From: Turneriella parva
Lineage (GTDB): Bacteria > Spirochaetota > Leptospiria > Turneriellales > Turneriellaceae
Length of the DNA: 64,000 bases
Direction of reading: 5' to 3'
Assembly (NCBI GenBank): GCA_020719945.1
Contig: DYPL01000004.1
Location: forward strand, 12,927 to 76,926
Part shown: piece after piece, positions 38,048 through 47,152 of the stretch
Numbering within the stretch: position 1 is the first letter of the stretch
Layout: every line of letters begins with the position of its first letter
The notes under the pieces: model-generated
What the model saw: the letters and a program-made list of their open reading frames with translations, nothing else
Told to the model about the DNA's origin: nothing
Database searches by the model: none
Made by a program: the position numbers and the translations under genes

Positions 38048-38839
38048 ATGAAGTACCTGTCCGTCTCGGTTTTGTTTGTTATTGCGCTGCAGGGGATTTT
38101 TGCGGAGAATGTTCAACCGCAGAAAGAACAGTTTAGTTCCGGCGAACTCCAGGCCAGGCTGTTTATACCGTTGGGTGATTGGCAGCCGTATTCGGAACTG
38201 CGCTATCGCTACAGCAATCCTGCGGAATCTCCCAACAATCAATACGGATCTTTTTTGGCAGGGGGGTATTGGCAGAAAATCCCCTGGTTGCGTCTGGGAG
38301 CATTTTACAGACTCGAAACAGGGAACCAGCACGATGACGACTGGCATAAAGAAAACGACACCTCAATGAACTGGGAGTGGGTGAGTGCTCTCGATCGTTT
38401 TGAGAGTAGCGCAGTGGCCGATGTTACCTTGCGCACGGCGACAGATTTTTTTCCCGGGGCCTTCTTTAAAACGGGATTGCTCGAACTGAAAAATCGAGCC
38501 CACTATAATGTTTACCAAGAAGAAGTATTGTGGCAGATTCGACCCGGATTTACCTGGTTCTGGATGCGCGGTGGCGTACCGGTTATGAATTTTTTTGTTC
38601 AATACGAAACCTGGTATGTTTCCAGTTCTCATCGGAACAATCTTTGGGAAGACTGGACATATTTTGGCACCCTGTACTTTGTCAGTGAACAAACCCAAAT
38701 AGGTTCTACCCTATCTTGGAGAAGAACGTTTTGGGAGCCATCCGAACAATTTCGAGAACGCCGTCCAAACGATACATATCTGATAGAACAGGGCTCCGCC
38801 GTGATTTCGATTCTCTTTATCCAGAGTCTCGATTTTTGA
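38048..38839 (+). CDS. Hypothetical secreted protein, aromatic-rich, possibly an outer-membrane beta-barrel
   Basis: 263 aa. Signal peptide MKYLSVSVLFVIALQGIFA, alternating aromatic pattern, C-terminal F. No domain recognised. Confidence 0.45.
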   Translation: MKYLSVSVLFVIALQGIFAENVQPQKEQFSSGELQARLFIPLGDWQPYSELRYRYSNPAESPNNQYGSFLAGGYWQKIPWLRLGAFYRLETGNQHDDDWHKENDTSMNWEWVSALDRFESSAVADVTLRTATDFFPGAFFKTGLLELKNRAHYNVYQEEVLWQIRPGFTWFWMRGGVPVMNFFVQYETWYVSSSHRNNLWEDWTYFGTLYFVSEQTQIGSTLSWRRTFWEPSEQFRERRPNDTYLIEQGSAVISILFIQSLDF

Positions 38840-38856
38840 TTGCTGCTTGCAACGCG

Positions 38857-38967
38857 CTCTTTTTCGAGATCGTTTAGTTCCCGTTTGGAAGAGAGTTTAA
38901 CTCCTGCTTCGAGTTGCGAGAAGGCTTTTCGGAAATTCGTCAATTTTTGGACCCAGAGTGTTTTTAT
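38857..38967 (-). pseudogene. Relic of a HEPN-type nucleotidyltransferase substrate-binding protein (HI0074 family), N-terminal ~37 codons only
   Basis: The minus-strand frame reads IKTLWVQKLTNFRKAFSQLEAGVKLSSKRELNDLEKE. This fits the family N-terminus (xxRWxQRFxNFxKALxxLEEAxxxxxLSELExD). ATA sits where the ATG is expected. Similarity stops near the end of the convergent gene. Confidence 0.4.
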
Positions 38968-39028
38968 TCCTTGGCATGGTGCAATATAAAACGCTAAACG
39001 TTCGCATGGAAACAATCGAAAATAGCCT

Positions 39029-39607
39029 ATGCAGGATATCGATTTCGCGCGTTTTTCACGCAGGCAGGCACAGACGAAGGCTCATTCCGGTTTAAGAAGT
39101 CATTCGGTGGCGCAACCGCAGAAAAAAAACCGCTACGTATTGCCCGTGCTCGGAGTATTGCTTTTTGTGGCAGGCATTGTACTCGGTGCCAGAGCGCAGG
39201 CGTGGTATTACCAGAAGCAGTTCGATTCCAATATTAAGCCCTCCGAAATTTCGCTTGCGAATATACAGGAAAAAGAAACGGCCATCAGCGACAACATCCG
39301 CGTGGACACAACCGAGATGGAAAGAGCTCCCGCAGCTGGTACGGAAGTGAGCAGCCAGATAGAGCAGGCGATTCAGACAACACAGCAAGCGTATCTCATT
39401 CTGGCCCGCATTTATGTGGATGAAAAAGAGGCCCACAGACAGGGTTTGGTTCTGAAAAAAGAAGGACTGCGTGTCTTCCTTGCAAGAAGTGGCGATAAAA
39501 TGAAGGTCTATGTAGGACCATTAGAAGGAAAAGATGAAGCCTACGAAGTTCTTGCCAGAGTAAAAAAGCACACAGAGTTCAAAGGCGCCATCCTGTATGA
39601 AAAGTGA
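39029..39607 (+). CDS. SPOR-domain membrane protein
   Basis: 192 aa. TM segment YVLPVLGVLLFVAGIVLGA, and a C-terminal SPOR-like YLILARIYVDEKEAHRQGLVLKKEGLRVFLARSGDKMKVYVGPLEGKDEAYEV. Confidence 0.7.
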   Translation: MQDIDFARFSRRQAQTKAHSGLRSHSVAQPQKKNRYVLPVLGVLLFVAGIVLGARAQAWYYQKQFDSNIKPSEISLANIQEKETAISDNIRVDTTEMERAPAAGTEVSSQIEQAIQTTQQAYLILARIYVDEKEAHRQGLVLKKEGLRVFLARSGDKMKVYVGPLEGKDEAYEVLARVKKHTEFKGAILYEK

Positions 39608-40083
39608 ATGAAATAGTAATCCGCCCGGCTGTAACCGAAGATGTTCCAGAAATATCCGCTCTCATAGAACCCTATGTCAGGGCGGAAATTGTATTGCCCC
39701 GTTCTCCCGAAAAAATTCTGGAAACTATTGATAAAACCATTGTGGCAATTCATGGTGGGGTATCCGTTGGAACAGTTACCTATGTTTCCTATGCGCCAGA
39801 TCTGTGGGAAATCCGTGCTCTCGTAGTACACTCTGAATTCCAGAGTTCGGGGGCTGGTCGCAGGCTCGTCGAGAAGGCGATTGAAAAAATTCTCGCAATT
39901 TCTCCTGCCGGGCGGGTTCGCATTTTTGCGCTGACCTATGTGCCCGTATTTTTTGAAAAACTCGGGTTTCACGTTACCGCAAAAGAAAGTTATCCCGAAA
40001 AAATATTCGACGTTTGCCGGTTTTGTCCGCGCCACGAAAATTGTAATGAAACAGCCGTAGAAAGGATAATAGAGAGAACATGA
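39604..40083 (+). CDS. GNAT-family N-acetyltransferase (short ArgA-like type)
   Basis: 159 aa, GTG start overlapping the previous stop by 4 nt. EIRALVVHSEFQSSGAGRRLVEKAI, and a C-terminal CRFCPRHENC cysteine cluster. Confidence 0.75.
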   Translation: MNEIVIRPAVTEDVPEISALIEPYVRAEIVLPRSPEKILETIDKTIVAIHGGVSVGTVTYVSYAPDLWEIRALVVHSEFQSSGAGRRLVEKAIEKILAISPAGRVRIFALTYVPVFFEKLGFHVTAKESYPEKIFDVCRFCPRHENCNETAVERIIERT

Positions 40084-40508
40084 ATCCCGACTGGAGCCAA
40101 CTCGAAGAAGGCAGCATTTTGCAGCTCGATTTTCAAAAACTGAAAAAGGTGGCAGAGGGTAGACCCGTCCTGCCGGTGGTGGTGCAGGCTGTTTCGGGGG
40201 AAGTTCTTACGCTGGCCTATGTAGATCAAGAAGCTTTGCATCTGTCTCTGGCAGAAAAAAAAGCGGTATTTTTTTCTACATCGCGGCGAGAAATATGGAG
40301 AAAAGGGGCAACCTCTGGCGATGAGCTCGCTCTTGTCGAGGTGCGGGTCAACTGTGAACAAAATTCTCTGCTTTACATTGTCGAAAAAAAAGGGAAAGGC
40401 GCTTGCCATACCAGAGATTCATCAGGCAATACCCGCAGTACATGTTATTACAGAAAAATTGAAGACAGCGGGCTGTCCTTTGTGAATGTGCCCGGGAGAG
40501 AAGAATGA
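40080..40508 (+). CDS. hisI: Phosphoribosyl-AMP cyclohydrolase-like protein (HisI fold) with substituted metal-binding motif
   Basis: 142 aa. LPVVVQAVSGEVLTLAYVDQEAL, FFSTSRREIWRKGATSG, and CHT...C. NCEQN replaces the canonical DCDxD. 4-nt overlaps on both sides. Confidence 0.7.
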   Translation: MNPDWSQLEEGSILQLDFQKLKKVAEGRPVLPVVVQAVSGEVLTLAYVDQEALHLSLAEKKAVFFSTSRREIWRKGATSGDELALVEVRVNCEQNSLLYIVEKKGKGACHTRDSSGNTRSTCYYRKIEDSGLSFVNVPGREE

Positions 40509-42643
40509 GCGCCTTGACTGAACTAAACAATACTATCAATTATCTTCCCCGTGGTGGCATTCTCGTTACTACATCGGCTGGTTATGTCCAGCTGGGTGCT
40601 CCTCCGGAGACTATCAAAGATACAATGGCGCTGCCCGACAAAGTTCCCCAAATTTTTATTATACCCGGAAAAATGTTCAGCATTGAAAAGGGAATAGCCG
40701 TCGCAGAACTCGAATTTCCGGTCTATTTTAATCACTTTTTGATGAAGCGAAAAACGCTTATCATTGGAACGGCGGAGCAGGCAGAACGAATCACGAAGGT
40801 ATTGCAGGAGTCTGTATTCGGGCCGACTGAAATTGAAATAGCCGGTGAATTTCCAGAGGGCGAACAATCCGAAGGCTTCCCGAATTTAAAAGCCGAGATT
40901 GATTTTTTTCGAGGAGACAGAAAACTCGAAGATCTCATTGAATTTGGCATTTTTGACATTAACGGCGAGTATCGCCGTGGCGATCTTATCATTCATCATC
41001 ATCCTAAAGAAGGCTTTTCACTTTTCGACAAAGGAAAAAAAATTGCAGATCTCCCCTTGGAAATAAACTACAATATTAAATATGATATAGGGCAGCGCCT
41101 CGAAAATCCTTACGAACCTCCGGAATACGGAATCACCTGTCTGGGCCCTTCGCACGGGTTTGACCCCGTGGACAATACTTCCGGATTTATTCTCTGGCTC
41201 AACCATCGCGGCATCATGATCGACCCGCCCGTAAATTCCACGGAATGGCTTTCGCGGTCTAACGTGAATCCCAAGCTGATAAGCCATGTCATTTTAACAC
41301 ACTGCCACGCAGACCACGATGCGGGGACGTTTCAGAAAATTCTCGAGGAAGGTTCCATAACCATCCATACGACCCAGACAATCATGGAGAGTTTTATCCG
41401 CAAGTACGAGGCTCTAACCGGCCTGCCGAGAAGAGAACTGTACACTCTTTTTTCGTTTAGTCCGGTCACAATTGATCAACCCGTATATTTCGAAGGGGCG
41501 GAATTTAATTTTTACTATTCCGTGCATTCTATTCCCGCTATTGGTTTTAAGCTTATTTTTAGGAACCAATCCTTTATTTACACATCGGATCATTTGAATC
41601 ATCCTGAGACATTTGCGATGATGAGAGAAAAAGGCGTGTTTACGGATGCGCGTTACGAAATGGTCATGAATTTTCCGTGGGATTACAAGGTTATATACCA
41701 CGAGGCCGGGATTCCGCCTCTGCATACGCCTGTCAGTTTTCTCGCTTCACTTCCCGAAGAGATCCAGGAAAAAATTACCGTATACCACATAGCGCGAAAA
41801 GATTTTCCAGAGAACTCAAAGCTCAAGCTTGCCAAATTCGGAATTGAGAATACACTGTACCCGGAAATTCGCGTTCCTCTGTATCCCCGCGCCATCCAGA
41901 TTCTCGATGTTCTCAATCATGTAGATCTGTTTCAGGATTTCCCTTTGAGTAAGGCCCGCGAATTTTTGAGTATTGTAGAAGAAAAGCATTACGCTGCGGG
42001 AGAGAAAATCATAGAAAAAGGCACTCCCGGCGAATCTCTCTATATAATTGTGAGCGGAGTCGTGCGCGTAGAAGGCGTAGGAGCAGAGACTGCAAAGCGC
42101 TACGGTATTTATGAATATTTTGGAGAAGCTTCTCTCGTAACAGGGGAATTGCGCTCAGCCGACGTATTTGCAGAAACCGAAGTAGAAGTATTGACTATCG
42201 AGAAAACGGCATTCCATCATTTTATCAATGGAACCAATCTCGAGATCTTTTTGCGCAAGCTGCACGAAATACGCCAATCCAATTCCTGGAATGTTCTCAA
42301 TCGATCGCCGGTATTTTCTGCTATGACCTCCCATCAGAAAACGCAGTTAGAGATCATCATGGAACAGGAAACGCATTCTGCCGGGACTTTGCTGGTACAG
42401 CAGGGCCAAAGCGGAAGCGATGCCTATATTCTCGTTTCCGGGGGGCTTTCGGTTCCGGGAAACCAAGATAAAACGTACAAGTCTGGCGACTTTGTAGGCG
42501 ATCTCTTCTCTATTATGAAAGGCGGGGCCGCTCCGTTCTCGGTAGTGGCCCATACAGAAGTAGAAGTGTACAGGCTTTTTCGGGATAAATTTGTTCCTTT
42601 TGTAAAGAAAAATCCTGGCGTTTACATGCGCCTCCTGCGATGA
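40505..42643 (+). CDS. Metallo-beta-lactamase-fold hydrolase fused to two cyclic-nucleotide-binding domains (possible cNMP-regulated phosphodiesterase)
   Basis: 712 aa. An unassigned ~230-aa N-terminal region, then the MBL motif THCHADHDAG. Two CAP-type cNMP domains follow (FGEASLVTGELRSADVFA and the region around GDFVGDLFSI). Confidence 0.8.
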   Translation: MSALTELNNTINYLPRGGILVTTSAGYVQLGAPPETIKDTMALPDKVPQIFIIPGKMFSIEKGIAVAELEFPVYFNHFLMKRKTLIIGTAEQAERITKVLQESVFGPTEIEIAGEFPEGEQSEGFPNLKAEIDFFRGDRKLEDLIEFGIFDINGEYRRGDLIIHHHPKEGFSLFDKGKKIADLPLEINYNIKYDIGQRLENPYEPPEYGITCLGPSHGFDPVDNTSGFILWLNHRGIMIDPPVNSTEWLSRSNVNPKLISHVILTHCHADHDAGTFQKILEEGSITIHTTQTIMESFIRKYEALTGLPRRELYTLFSFSPVTIDQPVYFEGAEFNFYYSVHSIPAIGFKLIFRNQSFIYTSDHLNHPETFAMMREKGVFTDARYEMVMNFPWDYKVIYHEAGIPPLHTPVSFLASLPEEIQEKITVYHIARKDFPENSKLKLAKFGIENTLYPEIRVPLYPRAIQILDVLNHVDLFQDFPLSKAREFLSIVEEKHYAAGEKIIEKGTPGESLYIIVSGVVRVEGVGAETAKRYGIYEYFGEASLVTGELRSADVFAETEVEVLTIEKTAFHHFINGTNLEIFLRKLHEIRQSNSWNVLNRSPVFSAMTSHQKTQLEIIMEQETHSAGTLLVQQGQSGSDAYILVSGGLSVPGNQDKTYKSGDFVGDLFSIMKGGAAPFSVVAHTEVEVYRLFRDKFVPFVKKNPGVYMRLLR

Positions 42644-42738
42644 CAGATCTTAATTTTTTTTTTTGATTGACGCTAAAAAAAAGAAAAAATAACGTGGGAT
42701 TAAGGACGCTATCCAACTGCTGAGCAACGGAGATAAAC

Positions 42739-43074
42739 ATGGACATCAGCCAAAGAGAAAAAGATTCAATTGTAGTGCTTGATATACAGGGAGAAATTGA
42801 CCTGTACAACGCCCCCGAGATAAAAGACACCATCCAGAAACTGATCGATGCCCAGAAGTACAATATCATCATCAATCTGGAGAAAGTCTCGTATATCGAT
42901 TCATCTGGTATTGGAGCTCTCATTTCGAGTCTCTCAAACCTTAAAAAATACCAGGGTGGATTGAAAATTATAAATGTCTATGCATCGGTGAAGAAAGTAT
43001 TTGAACTTACCAAGCTCACTTCCTTCTTTGAAATTTATGATACAGAAGAAGAAGCCCTGGCTAAGTTTCGATAA
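42739..43074 (+). CDS. STAS-domain anti-sigma-factor antagonist (SpoIIAA-like)
   Basis: 111 aa. VVLDIQGEIDLYNAPEIK and LEKVSYIDSSGIGALI (phosphorylatable Ser). Confidence 0.85.
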   Translation: MDISQREKDSIVVLDIQGEIDLYNAPEIKDTIQKLIDAQKYNIIINLEKVSYIDSSGIGALISSLSNLKKYQGGLKIINVYASVKKVFELTKLTSFFEIYDTEEEALAKFR

Positions 43075-43117
43075 CAGACGGGTGGAAGGCCCGCCAATTT
43101 AAAACAGAGGATAAAAC

Positions 43118-44398
43118 ATGAACATTGTAAAGACAAAAGTAGCGCAATTTTCCCTGGTTGCTGCTCTGGTGTTGTTTGCTGCCCACTGCGGTGACCCCGT
43201 TCCGGCAGAAAAACTGACCACAGCAAAAACCAAAATCACACGCGCGCAGGCCGTGAAAGCGGAACTCTATGCGCCCGAACAGTATGCAGAGGCCAGAATA
43301 CTGCTTCTCAAATCGCACGACAAAATATCCGAAGGCAAAATGAAAGATGCAGCTACCGCTGCATCGGATGCATCCCAAAAAGCTGACGAAGCCTATAATA
43401 TAGCTCTTCCAAAGCTGGCAGAAGCTACTCGCTCCGAGGCTGAGCAGGCAATTCGCGATGCAGAAGATACCAATGCCGAAGACTTTGCTCCAGCCGAATA
43501 CGAATCTGCTCAAACAGCCATGACAGAAGGCAACGGCTTTTATGAAAAGCAGGATTACCTGACTGCCTACCATTCTTTTGAAGACGCCCGCGAAAAGGCC
43601 AATGAAGCGCGCGATATTTCCGAAGCGCAGGCAGAAACCATGATGCGCCGTCTGGCTACCATAGAAAGCCAAATTGAAGAGGCAGAAGAAGTAGGGGCAG
43701 CAGATTATTCACCGGACGCTCTTAACGAAGCCAAAAAATGGGCTGCGATTGCTTCTCAGAATATTGACGAGCTCCACCTGAAAACAGCCCAAGAAGCCCT
43801 GGACAATGCAGAAGCCAATGCAGAGCGCGCTCTCAATAACTCTCTGAGCGACTATGCCCGCAGCCGCTATTCCGAGGCAGAACAGAAGGTAGCGGAAGCA
43901 GAAGCCAAGCTGAACCGTTCACTCGAAGGCACAGACAGCGATGCATTCCAGTCTGCTCTCTCGGACGATCCCGATGCGCGCACATCTATTGACGAGGCTC
44001 GTGAAACTCTTGCAGCCGCGAAAGAAGCTTTGCAGGAATCCGATACGCAGTACAACAACGAAGACTACCGCCGCTCTTACGACTACGCAGACGAGGCCTT
44101 GCGCCTGGCTACCATTCTCGATGAGATGCTTCCTGAAACCGAGCTTCTTGTAGCGGATGTCAAAAAGCGTGCCGATATGTCAGGCACAGATGACACACAA
44201 GATGGCGACTGGAAGACCTATAAGGTTCGCCTGATTCCAGAGCGCCGCGATTGTCTGTGGAGAATTGCGGAGTACGATTTTATTTACGACAACGCAAGAC
44301 TCTGGCCACAGATTTACAAAGCTAACAAGGAACAGATAAAAAACCCGGACCTCATCTTTCCAGGTCAGGTTTTCAAGATTCCACCAAAATTAAATTGA
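43118..44398 (+). CDS. Lipoprotein with long helical repeats and a C-terminal LysM domain
   Basis: 426 aa. Lipobox-like LFAAHC, Ala/Glu-rich helical repeats, and C-terminal YKVRLIPERRDCLWRIAEYDF...LIFPGQVFKIP (LysM). Confidence 0.7.
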   Translation: MNIVKTKVAQFSLVAALVLFAAHCGDPVPAEKLTTAKTKITRAQAVKAELYAPEQYAEARILLLKSHDKISEGKMKDAATAASDASQKADEAYNIALPKLAEATRSEAEQAIRDAEDTNAEDFAPAEYESAQTAMTEGNGFYEKQDYLTAYHSFEDAREKANEARDISEAQAETMMRRLATIESQIEEAEEVGAADYSPDALNEAKKWAAIASQNIDELHLKTAQEALDNAEANAERALNNSLSDYARSRYSEAEQKVAEAEAKLNRSLEGTDSDAFQSALSDDPDARTSIDEARETLAAAKEALQESDTQYNNEDYRRSYDYADEALRLATILDEMLPETELLVADVKKRADMSGTDDTQDGDWKTYKVRLIPERRDCLWRIAEYDFIYDNARLWPQIYKANKEQIKNPDLIFPGQVFKIPPKLN

Positions 44399-44417
44399 TC
44401 CCTCCGGTTCCACCTAA

Positions 44418-44450
44418 TCCGGATGCCTTAGAAGGCGTCCGGAATCTTTT
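44418..44450 (+). terminator. Rho-independent terminator upstream of rho
   Basis: Stem TCCGGATGCC / GGCGTCCGGA (one G-U pair), 6-nt loop, then ATCTTTT. Confidence 0.65.
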
Positions 44451-44458
44451 AGTTTGCC

Positions 44459-45955
44459 ATGCAAACTAAATCCCCTATTTTAACAGGTACATCCATGTCA
44501 TCCGATAAATCTTATGATGAAATTGAATCCGGAAACGTTGCTCCGGACTTTTCCGACGAAAACAACGACTCCAGAAAGCGCGTAAAAATACGCAGAAAAG
44601 AGACCGAGAAAATGCCAGAGGCCGGCGACGAGCCGCGTGCTAAAAAACCACTCCCTAAAAAGAAAAGCCATGAGTTAGAAAAGCTGATGCACAATAAAAA
44701 GCTCGAAATTTCAGAGCTGAAAATGAAAAGCATGAGCGAACTCGTACAGCTTGCAGAATCCATGGGTGTGGAAAATCCGGGCGACCTGAAAAAGCCCGCC
44801 CTTATTTTCTCTATTTTACAGGCTGAATCCGGTGACGAAGCCGGGCAGGTATTTGCCGAGGGGACCCTTGAAGTGCTTCCCGATGGATATGGATTTTTGC
44901 GCAGTGCCAATTACAACTATCTTGCCGGCCCCGACGATATATATGTGGCTCCCAACCAGATCCGCAATTATGGGCTTCGAAAGGGAGACAACGTGTATGG
45001 CCAGATTCGCATGCCACGCGACAATGAGCGTTTCTTTGCCATTTTAAAAATTCAGACCATCAATGGCGCTCCCGCAGAAGAGGCCCCCCGCCGCCTCCAT
45101 TTTGACAATCTTACCCCTCTGTATCCGGACTCCCGCATAGTTCTTGAAACCACCCCCGACCGGATGAGTGCGCGCATTGTGGATCTCGTTTCCCCTGTTG
45201 GGAAAGGCCAGCGCGCTCTGATTGTAGCACCTCCGAGAACTGGTAAAACCATGTTGATGCAGGATATTGCCAATTCTATTACGACGAATCACCCAGAAAT
45301 TGTTCTGATTGTTCTATTGATAGACGAAAGACCGGAAGAAGTTACGGATATGGCCAGAAGTGTAAAGGGAGAAGTTCTTGCTTCCACATTCGACGAACCG
45401 GCCCATCGCCATGTTCAGGTTGCAGAAATGGTCATCGAAAAAGCAAAGCGCCTTGTAGAACAGAAAAAAGATGTCGTAATTCTCCTCGATTCTATTACTC
45501 GTCTGGCCAGAGCCTATAACCAGGTGATCCCTTCTTCTGGCAAGGTTTTGTCGGGTGGTGTTGATTCCAACGCGCTGCACAAGCCCAAGCGCTTTTTTGG
45601 AGCGGCCCGCAACATAGAAGAAGGCGGTTCTCTTACAATAATCGCTACTGCTCTTGTCGATACCGGCTCTAAAATGGATGAAGTTATTTTTGAAGAGTTT
45701 AAGGGCACGGGCAATATGGAGATTCATTTAGACCGTAAACTCGTAGAAAAGCGCATTTTCCCCGCCATTGATATTAATAAATCGGGCACGCGTCGTGAAG
45801 ATCTCATTCTCGATCCGGATGATATCAATCGCATTTGGGTTTTGCGCAAAGTTCTTTCGCCACTTTCTTCTGTGGAAAGCATGGAGATTCTCATGAGCAA
45901 AATGCGCGGCACCAAGAACAACAAGGCGTTTCTGGATTCCATGAATGCGGGTTAA
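44459..45955 (+). CDS. rho: Transcription termination factor Rho with a charged N-terminal extension
   Basis: 498 aa. [20 protein letters not shown] (Rho_N), GYGFLR, Walker A APPRTGKT, and [10 protein letters not shown]. Confidence 0.95.
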   Translation: MQTKSPILTGTSMSSDKSYDEIESGNVAPDFSDENNDSRKRVKIRRKETEKMPEAGDEPRAKKPLPKKKSHELEKLMHNKKLEISELKMKSMSELVQLAESMGVENPGDLKKPALIFSILQAESGDEAGQVFAEGTLEVLPDGYGFLRSANYNYLAGPDDIYVAPNQIRNYGLRKGDNVYGQIRMPRDNERFFAILKIQTINGAPAEEAPRRLHFDNLTPLYPDSRIVLETTPDRMSARIVDLVSPVGKGQRALIVAPPRTGKTMLMQDIANSITTNHPEIVLIVLLIDERPEEVTDMARSVKGEVLASTFDEPAHRHVQVAEMVIEKAKRLVEQKKDVVILLDSITRLARAYNQVIPSSGKVLSGGVDSNALHKPKRFFGAARNIEEGGSLTIIATALVDTGSKMDEVIFEEFKGTGNMEIHLDRKLVEKRIFPAIDINKSGTRREDLILDPDDINRIWVLRKVLSPLSSVESMEILMSKMRGTKNNKAFLDSMNAG

Positions 45956-46400
45956 ATTCCTTGCCCCTCTAATAATGCTGGCCGCCTGCAGTGCCCCACC
46001 CGTGAAGGAGGGCACAGGCTTTGTTTCCCGCAGCGAATACCGCACCGTTTGCATTGCCGGCAGCGATGCTGAGCGGGAAAAAGTGATAGAAGATTGCAGA
46101 GAGCAGACGGCATTGGAGCTCATGCAGTTCCGGGCCGATCTGGAGCATTTTCGCCACGGCCACAATAGAAAAGCTTTGATACAAAGGGACGAAATACATC
46201 TAACCATGGCAAAGAGCATGTTTGCCCATTTTTTTCCCGGAAAAATTTTAGCAGAAGAAACAGAGGCAGCCAGCTTGAAATTGGTGTATTCTTTGCGTCG
46301 CGATAATCTCAAAAATCAAATTGAGCGCATAGCTCTGCCTGTGGAAATTGTAGAAGAGCTCAAAAAAGAGCGACAGAATGCCGATACTGTGTATTGGTGA
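45945..46400 (+). CDS. Hypothetical lipoprotein
   Basis: 151 aa. [16 protein letters not shown] lipobox. 11-nt overlap with rho. No domain recognised. Confidence 0.45.
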   Translation: MRVKFLAPLIMLAACSAPPVKEGTGFVSRSEYRTVCIAGSDAEREKVIEDCREQTALELMQFRADLEHFRHGHNRKALIQRDEIHLTMAKSMFAHFFPGKILAEETEAASLKLVYSLRRDNLKNQIERIALPVEIVEELKKERQNADTVYW

Positions 46401-47152
46401 TTCCCGTAAAGAAAAGAAGAACTAAAAAAAAAGAACCTCACCTGATTCCCGTTTTGTTTACGTTGGGAGTAATCGGTTGGGGTTTTTTTGCCATTGATCG
46501 AATCACCAGACCTGAATCTGGCGATGAATCCGTGCGCGATACTTCCAGAGAAAGGCGGGAGCTGCCGGAATGGCGCCGCAAATTTAGTGATTACCTGGAT
46601 TCTCTTACAGACACTCGGAAAAAACTGGTCGAAGTGGATTCCCTTGACGCAGCGGGAGATGAATTGCCTGTCGTGGAAGAGAAATTTTTGAACTTTCAAT
46701 CGGAAAAATCTGTTCGGGACGCCACTGTTACCATTAAGATGTTTTCCCTCGATAACCAAGGGGATCCCGTTCTGGTTCCCGTTCAAAGGCGACTTAAGCT
46801 GGAAGATGAAAATTCGGTCTTTCCCGTTTTTTCAGCCATTCTCGAGGGCCCGGATTCCTCTGAGCAGGCGAGTGGATTTATCGATGCTTTTACAGATAAA
46901 CCGCGTTTGATTTCCGCCCGCCAATCGGGTGAAATTCTTACACTGGATTTTTCCCGCGAATTTGGATCCCGCACGAGTCGCCACATATTTATTTACCAGC
47001 TGCAGCAGTTGCTGGCCAATGGAAAAATGTTTCCAGGGGTGCAGCGGATAAAAATTATCATCGAGGGAAAATCTGTCAGCCATCTCGGCGGTGACGGATT
47101 TCATCTCCCTGAAATCATAGACGAAACAACTATTTCCCGCCTTCAGGAATGA
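46394..47152 (+). CDS. GerMN-domain membrane-anchored protein
   Basis: 252 aa. N-terminal TM segment. VLVPVQRRLK...FSAILEGP...ILTLDFSREF...LLANGKMFPGVQRIKIIIEGKSV fits the GerMN pattern. Confidence 0.6.
   Translation: MVIPVKKRRTKKKEPHLIPVLFTLGVIGWGFFAIDRITRPESGDESVRDTSRERRELPEWRRKFSDYLDSLTDTRKKLVEVDSLDAAGDELPVVEEKFLNFQSEKSVRDATVTIKMFSLDNQGDPVLVPVQRRLKLEDENSVFPVFSAILEGPDSSEQASGFIDAFTDKPRLISARQSGEILTLDFSREFGSRTSRHIFIYQLQQLLANGKMFPGVQRIKIIIEGKSVSHLGGDGFHLPEIIDETTISRLQE

Noticed and set aside
43061-43672. 203-aa ORF antisense to the LysM lipoprotein gene
   Set aside because: It is a mirror of an Ala/Glu-rich repeat region, which gives a Phe/Cys/Ser-rich antisense frame. No supporting features.
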